The notes beneath the pieces are model-generated. The model searched no databases. It worked only from the letters and a program-made list of their open reading frames with translations, and had not been told where the DNA came from. The position numbers were made by a program, and so were the translations under genes. This document shows positions 16,063 to 21,888 of a stretch of 21,888 nucleotides of DNA, in pieces. Source of the DNA: an uncultured Nitrososphaerales archaeon (lineage in GTDB: Archaea > Thermoproteota > Nitrososphaeria > Conexivisphaerales > Conexivisphaeraceae); contig CAYFFS010000021.1 in NCBI GenBank assembly GCA_964342765.1, positions 1 to 21,888 on the forward strand. Reading direction: 5' to 3'. Positions within the stretch are counted from its first letter, which is position 1. Every line of letters begins with the position of its first letter.

Positions 16063-16473
16063 GTGGTCTCCCAGAGGTCCGCGATGGTCTTCGAGGGCTC
16101 CAGGAAGAGGGCGCGCGCACGCGCAATAATAAGGCCGGGCCAGGGCATAGTGAGGATCAACGGCTTCCTCCTCGAGGCCCTGCCCAACTACGTCCAGCGC
16201 GAGGTGATAAGCATACCGCTGAGGCTGGCGGGCGACCTGAGGTACAAGGTGGACCTGGACGTGGAGGTCAAGGGCGGCGGTGTCATGGGGCAGGCCTACG
16301 CGGCCGCCATGGCCATCGCGAGGGCGCTCGTCGGCTTCACGAGGTCCGTGGAGCTGAAGAAGAGGATAGCCCAGTACGACAGGCACCTCCTGGTCGGGGA
16401 TCCGAGGAGGACCGAGCCGAAGAAGTTCGGCGGCCCCGGCCCCAGGCGCAGGTACCAGAAGTCGTTCAGGTGA
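16063..16473 (+). CDS. rps9: 30S ribosomal protein S9 (uS9)
   Basis: GSRKRARARAIIRPGQGIVRINGF, KGGGVMGQAYAAAMAIARAL and the C-terminal DPRRTEPKKFGGPGPRRRYQKSFR are uS9 signatures. SD GGAGGTGAGG (16050-16059). Confidence 0.93.
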   Translation: MVSQRSAMVFEGSRKRARARAIIRPGQGIVRINGFLLEALPNYVQREVISIPLRLAGDLRYKVDLDVEVKGGGVMGQAYAAAMAIARALVGFTRSVELKKRIAQYDRHLLVGDPRRTEPKKFGGPGPRRRYQKSFR

Positions 16474-16486
16474 CTTCGCCAAGCGC

Positions 16487-16496
16487 TTAAATATAG
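16487..16496 (+). promoter_or_regulatory. TATA box (TTAAATATAG) of rpoN
   Basis: 29 nt upstream of GTG 16516. Confidence 0.55.
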
Positions 16497-16515
16497 CCCG
16501 GCCCCGGGACGGGGC

Positions 16516-16731
16516 GTGCTGGTGCCCGTCAGGTGCTTCACGTGCGGCGCCCTCCTGGCGGACAAGTACGAGGAGTTCTCCAGGAGGGTGGCCGCGGGGG
16601 AGGACCCCGGGAAGGTCCTGGACGACCTGGGGGTCAAGAGGTACTGCTGCAGGCGCACCCTCCTGAGCGCGGTAGAGCCGGTCGACATGGTCCTCGAGTA
16701 CTACTCCGCGAGGGAGAAGTTCAGGTCCTGA
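16516..16731 (+). CDS. rpoN: DNA-directed RNA polymerase subunit N (Rpo10)
   Basis: 71 aa. [11 protein letters not shown]...KRYCCRR zinc-binding pattern (CxxC...CC) and the usual Rpo10 length. Confidence 0.93.
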   Translation: MLVPVRCFTCGALLADKYEEFSRRVAAGEDPGKVLDDLGVKRYCCRRTLLSAVEPVDMVLEYYSAREKFRS

Positions 16732-16738
16732 GCGGAAC

Positions 16739-16748
16739 CGATATATAG
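16739..16748 (+). promoter_or_regulatory. TATA box (CGATATATAG) of eno
   Basis: 29 nt upstream of TTG 16770. Confidence 0.55.
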
Positions 16749-16769
16749 CGCGGGCGGCGCTCGGGCGCG

Positions 16770-18023
16770 TTGGCCGTCCCGATAAGGGAGGTCAGGCTGA
16801 GGCCCGCCTTCACAGGAAGGGGGGACGAGACGGTAGAGGCCGAGGTCATCGCGGGGAGGTCGAGGGGGCGCGCGGCCGCCCCGGCCGGCGCCAGCGCCGG
16901 AAAGCACGAGGTGCGCCACCTGCCCGTCGGAGGGGCGGCCGAGGCCATAAGGGCGTTCGACCCCTCCCGCCTCATTGGCGTGGACGCGTCCGATCCGTAC
17001 GCGGTCAGGGACGCCCTGAGGTCCCTCGACGGCACGGGCGACTACTCCAGGATAGGCGGAGCCACCGCGTATGCGGTTAGCCTGGCGGCGCTCGAGGCCG
17101 CCTCCCTCGAGCTTGGGAGGCCCATGTACGAGCTCATAGGGCTGTACGAGGAGCCCAGGATACCCCTGCCCCTCGGGAACGTCCTGGGCGGGGGAAGGCA
17201 TGCGGGCGGGGGCGCCCCGGACGTCCAGGAGTTCCTAGTCTTCCCCATGAACCCCAGGGGGGCGCTCGAGGCCATCAGGGCGAACCTGCTGGTGCACTCG
17301 CTGGTCAGGAGGGGGATAGAGAGGAGGGATCCCTCCTTCCCGGCCGGCAAGGGGGACGAGGGCGCCTGGGCGCCCAGGATGGGCACCCTTGAGGCGCTGG
17401 AGGTCGTTAGCGAGGCGGCGGCCGCCGCCTCCGACGAGCTGGGCATAAAGATCGGCCTTGGGCTCGACGTCGCAGCCTCCACGCTCTGGGATCCCTCGAG
17501 GCGCGCCTACGTGTACTCGAGGGAGGGCAGGACCCTGGACGCGGAGTCCCAGGCCTCGTTCCTGGAGGAGCTCGCCGACAGGTTCGGCATAAGGTACCTT
17601 GAGGATCCATTGCACGAGGATGACTTCGACGGGTTCGCGGAGATGACGAGGTGGGCTAGGGCCAGGGGGGTGCTCGTGGTGGGGGACGACCTGCTCGTGA
17701 CGAACGCCTCCAGGCTCGAGAGGGCCGCGAGGTCTGGGGCGGCCTCGGGCGCCATACTCAAGGTGAACCAGGCCGGCAGCCTCGGGGACGCGCTCGAGTT
17801 CGCCAGGGCCTGCAGGTCGCACGGGTACTCGATAATAGCGTCGCACAGGTCGGGGGACACGTGGGACTCCCACCTCGCGCACGTGGCCGTGGGGACGGGG
17901 GCGCTCATGATGAAGTCAGGGGTCGTCGGCGGGGAGAGGATGTCGAAGCTAATGGAGATCCTGAGGATAGCCGAGGCGCGCCCCGGGATGCGCCCCGCCC
18001 CCTTCGGGGCGCCAAACCCTTAA
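16770..18023 (+). CDS. eno: Enolase (2-phosphoglycerate dehydratase)
   Basis: 417 aa with conserved enolase motifs in order: GASAGKHEV, VQEFLVFP, GDEGAWAP, LDVAAS, LEDPLHEDD, VVGDDLLVTN, LKVNQAGS, SHRSGDT, MKSG..GER..K. The sequence is divergent, but the catalytic and metal-binding positions appear to be retained. Confidence 0.92.
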   Translation: MAVPIREVRLRPAFTGRGDETVEAEVIAGRSRGRAAAPAGASAGKHEVRHLPVGGAAEAIRAFDPSRLIGVDASDPYAVRDALRSLDGTGDYSRIGGATAYAVSLAALEAASLELGRPMYELIGLYEEPRIPLPLGNVLGGGRHAGGGAPDVQEFLVFPMNPRGALEAIRANLLVHSLVRRGIERRDPSFPAGKGDEGAWAPRMGTLEALEVVSEAAAAASDELGIKIGLGLDVAASTLWDPSRRAYVYSREGRTLDAESQASFLEELADRFGIRYLEDPLHEDDFDGFAEMTRWARARGVLVVGDDLLVTNASRLERAARSGAASGAILKVNQAGSLGDALEFARACRSHGYSIIASHRSGDTWDSHLAHVAVGTGALMMKSGVVGGERMSKLMEILRIAEARPGMRPAPFGAPNP

Positions 18024-18027
18024 AAAG
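18019..18027 (+). promoter_or_regulatory. TATA-like box (CTTAAAAAG) upstream of rps2
   Basis: It overlaps the eno stop, about 43-50 nt upstream of ATG 18070. That implies a ~20-nt leader, unlike most first genes here. Confidence 0.4.
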
Positions 18028-18069
18028 GCGGCCGGCGCGGCTGAACGTAGGAAGGCGGGGTGCGTCGGG

Positions 18070-18732
18070 ATGTCCGAGCCGTCCGAGGGCAAGGAGGCGA
18101 AGGAGGGAAAGGGGGAGCAGGAGGATCAGCTGTCGGCCAAGGTCCTCGTGGCGACCGGGATAAGGATAGGGACGACGGTGAGGACGAAGTTCATGGAGCC
18201 CTTCATAGCCAGGATGAGGCCGGACGGCCTCTACATCCTTGACATGAACAAGATACTCTACCGCATAGACGTCGCCGGCCGCTTCCTCTCGCGCATAGAG
18301 CCCGGCAAGATACTCGTCTACTCCTCGAGGGAGTTCGCGAGGACCCCAATAGAGAAGTTCTGCGAGCTCGTGGGCTGCAAGGCGGTGACCGGCCGCTTCC
18401 TCCCGGGGATGTTGACGAACCCCCAGCTGCCGTACTACGTGGAGGCCGACGCCGTGCTCGTGGTGGACCCGCTCCTGGACTCCCAGGCTGTGGCGGAGGC
18501 CTCCAAGATGGGGATACCGGTCGTCGCGCTCTGCGACACGGACTGCGTCCCGAGCGACGTTGACCTGGCCATACCCGCGAACAACAGGGGGCGCAAGGCC
18601 CTGGCGGCTGTGTTCTGGCTCCTGGCCAGGAGCGTGCTCCTCCACTCCGGGGCATTATCCATGGATCAGCAGATGAAGTACACGATAGAGGACTTCGAGA
18701 CGAAGCTGGAGGAGCAGCCAGTTGAGGGTTAG
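18070..18732 (+). CDS. rps2: 30S ribosomal protein S2 (uS2)
   Basis: 220 aa. ATGIRIGTTVRTKFMEPFI, DGLYILDMNKI, LVVDPLLDSQAVAEASKMGIPVVALCDTD and IPANNRGRKALAAVFWLLAR are archaeal uS2 signatures. It has an acidic/Lys-rich N-terminal extension of about 20 aa. Confidence 0.93.
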   Translation: MSEPSEGKEAKEGKGEQEDQLSAKVLVATGIRIGTTVRTKFMEPFIARMRPDGLYILDMNKILYRIDVAGRFLSRIEPGKILVYSSREFARTPIEKFCELVGCKAVTGRFLPGMLTNPQLPYYVEADAVLVVDPLLDSQAVAEASKMGIPVVALCDTDCVPSDVDLAIPANNRGRKALAAVFWLLARSVLLHSGALSMDQQMKYTIEDFETKLEEQPVEG

Positions 18733-19567
18733 GAGGCCCGCCGTGGCGGGGTACTTCTACCCTGCGTCAACGGAGAGGCTCTCGAGGGTCCTCAGGGACC
18801 TGTTCCTCCACCCGCTCGGCCCGGGAAAGCTGCCGCCATCGCCTCCGGTCGAGGGCCTCATAGGGATAATCAGCCCCCACGCGGGCTACGAGTACTCGGG
18901 CCCCGTGGCCGCCCACGGGTACTACGTGGCATCCGGCACCTCCCCCGAGACCGTGGTGATCCTGGGGCCGAACCACCACGGCATAGGGAGCGGCGTCTCC
19001 GCCAGCGAGAGCGAGTCCTGGGAGACCCCGCTGGGCACCGTGGAGGTCGACATGGAGCTCTCCTCCAGGATAGTCAAGCTGTCCTCGATAGTGGACTTCG
19101 ACGACCTGGCCCACCTCAGGGAGCACTCGATAGAGGTCCAGGTCCCCTTCCTCCAGTTCTCGATGAGCCCGGGCTTCAGGATAGTGCCGATAAGCATGCT
19201 GATGCAGGACGAGCTCACGGCCGTCGAGGTTGGAGACGCAATAGCGAGGGCGGCGCGCGAGCTGGGCAGGAGGGTCCTCCTGGTGGCCTCCACGGACTTC
19301 ACGCACTACGAGCCCTACGAGGAGGCGTACGCAAGGGACGCGAAGGCGATAGAGGCGATAAGGAGCATGGACGTCTCCGAGTTCTACAGGGTCATCGAGA
19401 GGGAGCACGTCTCCATGTGCGGGTACGGCGCCGTCGCGGCCGTCCTGACGGCGGCGAAGTCCCTAGGTGCGACCCGCGTGGAGCTCCTCAAGTACGCGAC
19501 CAGCGGGGACACCTCCGGCGACAAGAGCGCCGTGGTCGGATACGGGTCCCTGGCGATCCTGGCCTAG
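18722..19567 (+). CDS. MEMO1-family protein (AmmeMemoRadiSam system protein B homologue, UPF0103)
   Basis: 281 aa. RRPAVAGYFYP N-terminus, ISPHAGYEYSGPVAAHGY, EHSIEVQVPFLQ, STDFTHY, MCGYGAV and GDKSAVVGYGSLAI are characteristic Memo motifs. The TTG start overlaps the rps2 end by 11 nt. Confidence 0.88.
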   Translation: MRVRRPAVAGYFYPASTERLSRVLRDLFLHPLGPGKLPPSPPVEGLIGIISPHAGYEYSGPVAAHGYYVASGTSPETVVILGPNHHGIGSGVSASESESWETPLGTVEVDMELSSRIVKLSSIVDFDDLAHLREHSIEVQVPFLQFSMSPGFRIVPISMLMQDELTAVEVGDAIARAARELGRRVLLVASTDFTHYEPYEEAYARDAKAIEAIRSMDVSEFYRVIEREHVSMCGYGAVAAVLTAAKSLGATRVELLKYATSGDTSGDKSAVVGYGSLAILA

Positions 19568-19574
19568 CGCTTGG

Positions 19575-19583
19575 CTTTAAAAG
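19575..19583 (+). promoter_or_regulatory. TATA box (CTTTAAAAG) of the mvk-ipk-idi2 operon
   Basis: 29 nt upstream of GTG 19605. It is embedded in the near-palindrome GGCTTTAAAAGCC. Confidence 0.55.
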
Positions 19584-19604
19584 CCGGCCCCCGGCTCTCC
19601 CTCC

Positions 19605-20519
19605 GTGCGCGCCGCGTCGAGGGCCCCCGCTAAGGTGATAATCGCGGGGGAGCACTTCGTCGTCCACGGAGGGCTCGCGCTCGCGGTCTCCGTGGACCTC
19701 TGGGCCTCGACGAGCGCCGAGCCGGCCCCGAGGCCCTCGATAGAGTCCGTGGACCCGCCGGGGCGCTGCGGGGACGACGGCTGCGATCCCTTCCTGGCGC
19801 CCCTCCGCGCGATGCTCGACGAGATAGTGGCCGATCACCCGGGGGCCTCCGGGAGGTACGTGCTGAGGAGCGAGATACCTCAGGCCCGGGGGCTCGGATC
19901 GTCGGCCGCGGTCGCGGTCTCGCTAGCGGCCGCCGCCCTGGCACTGGCGGAGGGCGAGGCCCCCAGGGAGGAGGTCTACAGGTACGCGATGATATCCGAG
20001 AGGATCATACACGGGAACCCATCCGGCGTCGATCCGGCGGCTTCCACATACGGAGGGGCCATCCTTTACTCCAAGGGCAAGGGGATGCGCCGCCTCTCGA
20101 TAAGGGAGGGCGAGCTGATGGTATGCTGCGCCCCCGCCGCGAGGAGCACCGCCGCGATGGTCGAGCGCGTGGAGGAGTTCAGGAGGTCGAGGGGGGAGCT
20201 CTTCGAGGCCCTCCTGGCCTCCTCGAGCGCGCTCGTCGAGGCCGCCGCCTCCGCCCTGGAGTCCGGGGATCGGTCGGCCCTCGCCCCCATAATGAGGTGG
20301 CACCAGGGGGCGCTCAGGCTCCTCGGCGTCTCCACCCCGGAGCTCGAGTCGTTCGTCGAGGCCATGGAGTCGGCGGGCGCCGCGGCTAAGCTGACGGGTG
20401 CCGGGGGAGGCGGCTGCGTCGTGGGGCTGCCGCCCGTGGAGGGCGTCCGCTGCGGGGGGGCCCCGGCCGCGCGCCTGCGCTACCCGACGGGGGGAGTGGA
20501 GTCTTGGAGGCTGAGCTGA
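19605..20519 (+). CDS. mvk: Mevalonate kinase (GHMP kinase family)
   Basis: 304 aa. APAKVIIAGEHFVVHG N-terminus, GHMP motif II IPQARGLGSSAAVAVSLAAA, ERIIHGNPSGVDPAAS, and motif III KLTGAGGGGCVVGL. Confidence 0.88.
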   Translation: MRAASRAPAKVIIAGEHFVVHGGLALAVSVDLWASTSAEPAPRPSIESVDPPGRCGDDGCDPFLAPLRAMLDEIVADHPGASGRYVLRSEIPQARGLGSSAAVAVSLAAAALALAEGEAPREEVYRYAMISERIIHGNPSGVDPAASTYGGAILYSKGKGMRRLSIREGELMVCCAPAARSTAAMVERVEEFRRSRGELFEALLASSSALVEAAASALESGDRSALAPIMRWHQGALRLLGVSTPELESFVEAMESAGAAAKLTGAGGGGCVVGLPPVEGVRCGGAPAARLRYPTGGVESWRLS

Positions 20520-21259
20520 TAGTCAAGGTAGGGGGATCCCTGATAACCAGGAAGTCGGAGCCCATGAGGGCGGACGTCGAGGCCATGTCCCTCGTGGCCC
20601 GCGCCCTCTCGGGGGCCAGGGGCATGATCCTCGTGCACGGAGGGGGCTCCTTCGGGCACCCCCTCGCGGTCGCGGGCGGCCTCAGCTCGAGGGCCATCTC
20701 CCGCGACGCGGCGGCGGCCTCGGCCACCAGGATGGCGATGCACGAGCTCTCGCTCATCTTCATGAGGGAGCTGGCCCTCGCCGGGCTCCGCCCGTTCCTA
20801 TTCCACCCGAGCCAGCCGGACTCCCCCGCGTTCTGGGACTGGGCGGCCTCCCTATCGCTCTCCCTCCTCGAGGCTGGCGCGACCCCCGTGACCCATGGGG
20901 ACGTGGGGGTGACGGGCGGGGGGTTCCGCGTCGTGGGCGGCGACGAGATCTGCCTCAGGCTGGCCGAGCGCCTGAGGCCCCGCCGCGTCGTCTTCCTGAT
21001 GGACGTCCCGGGGGTCCTCAGGGATCCAAGGGATCCCTCGAGCGTCATAGAGGAGCTGGACTCCGAGTCAGCCAGGGAGCTCGCGGGGAGGCTATCGGGC
21101 GGCGACGCGACGGGCGGGATATCGGCCAAGCTGTCATTCGCCGCGTCGATAGCGGACCTCGGGATCGAGGTCTACATCCTGTCCGGCCGCTCCCCCGAGG
21201 ATATCTTAAAAGCGACCGGGGGCGGTAGGCCCAGGGGGACGCTGGTGAGGGGCTCTTGA
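20504..21259 (+). CDS. ipk: Isopentenyl phosphate kinase (amino-acid kinase fold)
   Basis: 251 aa. LIVKVGGSLIT, ILVHGGGSFGH, PVTHGDV, GGDEI and DATGG motifs. The TTG start overlaps the mvk end by 16 nt. Confidence 0.88.
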   Translation: MEAELIVKVGGSLITRKSEPMRADVEAMSLVARALSGARGMILVHGGGSFGHPLAVAGGLSSRAISRDAAAASATRMAMHELSLIFMRELALAGLRPFLFHPSQPDSPAFWDWAASLSLSLLEAGATPVTHGDVGVTGGGFRVVGGDEICLRLAERLRPRRVVFLMDVPGVLRDPRDPSSVIEELDSESARELAGRLSGGDATGGISAKLSFAASIADLGIEVYILSGRSPEDILKATGGGRPRGTLVRGS

Positions 21260-21888
21260 GCGCGGAGGTCACGAGGAGGAAGGACGAGCACCTCGACATC
21301 GCGATCTCGGAGCGCGTCGAGATGTCGCGCACAACGTGGCTCGAGCACGTGCACCTGGTTCACAGGGCCATACCCGGCATGGACCTCGGCGACGTGGACA
21401 CGTCGATAGAGGTCTTCGGGAAGAGGCTCAGGCTCCCCATATTGATAGACAGCATGACGGGCGGATCCGAGAGGGGCGCCAAGATAAACGAGGATATAGC
21501 GTCCGTGGCCGCGGAGCTCGGAATAGGGATGGGGGTGGGCAGCCAGCGCGCCGCCCTCATAGACGGGCGCCTCAGGTCCACGTTCAGCGTCGTCCGCGAC
21601 GTCGCGCCCGACATATTCGTGTACGCTAACCTGGGCGCGCAGCAGCTGGCCGAGGTGGGTGTGGAGGGGGCTAGGGCGTGCGTCGACATGGTCAGGGCCG
21701 ACGCCCTCGCTATACACCTGAACCCGCTCCAGGAGGCGGTGCAGCCCGAGGGGGATCCCAAGTACCGCGGGGTCCTCGAGATGATAGCGGAGGTCGTGGA
21801 GAAGGTCGGGGTGCCGGTCATAGTGAAGGAGGTTGGCTCGGGGCTTTCGAGGGAGGTCGCAGCCCTCCTCAACTCGGTCGGGGTCAAG
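21256..21888 (+). CDS. fni: Isopentenyl-diphosphate delta-isomerase type 2 (FMN-dependent), 5' partial at the window end
   Basis: Absent from the ORF track because no stop lies within the window. My translation is LSAEVTRRKDEHLDIA...LVHRAIPGMDLGDVDTSIEVFGKRLRLPILIDSMTGGSERGAKINEDIASVAAELGIGMGVGSQRAAL...ANLGAQQL...ADALAIHLNPLQEAVQPEGD...VPVIVKEVGSGLS, which matches IDI-2 signatures. The TTG start overlaps the ipk stop (TTGA). Confidence 0.9.
   Translation, partial: MSAEVTRRKDEHLDIAISERVEMSRTTWLEHVHLVHRAIPGMDLGDVDTSIEVFGKRLRLPILIDSMTGGSERGAKINEDIASVAAELGIGMGVGSQRAALIDGRLRSTFSVVRDVAPDIFVYANLGAQQLAEVGVEGARACVDMVRADALAIHLNPLQEAVQPEGDPKYRGVLEMIAEVVEKVGVPVIVKEVGSGLSREVAALLNSVGVK

Noticed and set aside
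16732-16769. Absence of rpoK between rpoN and eno, where it sits in many euryarchaeal alpha-operon clusters
   Set aside because: The 38-nt spacer holds only the eno promoter. Gene order at this point differs between archaeal lineages, and I cannot establish from memory that rpoK is expected here in this lineage.
16770-18023. Divergent enolase motifs (for example SHRSGDTWD instead of SHRSGETED), which might suggest a non-enolase superfamily member
   Set aside because: All catalytic and metal-binding positions I could check by eye are present and in canonical order. The gene also sits in the conserved rpoN-eno-rps2 context.

Overview
This is a high-GC (roughly two-thirds G+C) archaeal chromosome segment. 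AGG-Arg/ATA-Ile codon bias, leaderless first genes and a Sulfolobus-type zinc ferredoxin suggest a thermophilic Thermoproteota/Crenarchaeota-like organism (inference). The content is almost entirely conserved housekeeping. It holds the distal spc cluster (rpl15-secY-adk-DUF106 insertase-cmk), cbf5 and an intron-containing tRNA-Ser(GGA). It also holds the alpha-operon block (rps13-rps4-rps11-rpoD-rpl18e-rpl13-rps9, then rpoN, eno, rps2) and a Memo-like gene followed by mvk-ipk-idi2. The middle section carries thioredoxin plus a coupled unknown ORF, two small divergent membrane-protein genes, a sugar-phosphate nucleotidyltransferase, DedA, zinc ferredoxin, an AcnX/DUF521 protein (putative phosphomevalonate dehydratase large subunit), glmS, and a wHTH protein with an uncharacterised C-terminal domain. 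I found no CRISPR array, mobile element, integrase or recognisable defence genes, and no convincing novel multi-gene system. The best leads are: an rpoD reading frame with no stop at the expected position, which reads across all of rpl18e; uncharacterised ORFs with palindromic or directly repeated operator-like sites in their promoters; a 10-bp perfect inverted repeat bracketing the zfx-acnX spacer; and four of the six mevalonate-to-DMAPP steps of the archaeal trans-anhydromevalonate-phosphate route in one window. Many long ORFs in the supplied track are antisense or out-of-frame shadows typical of GC-rich DNA and were rejected.
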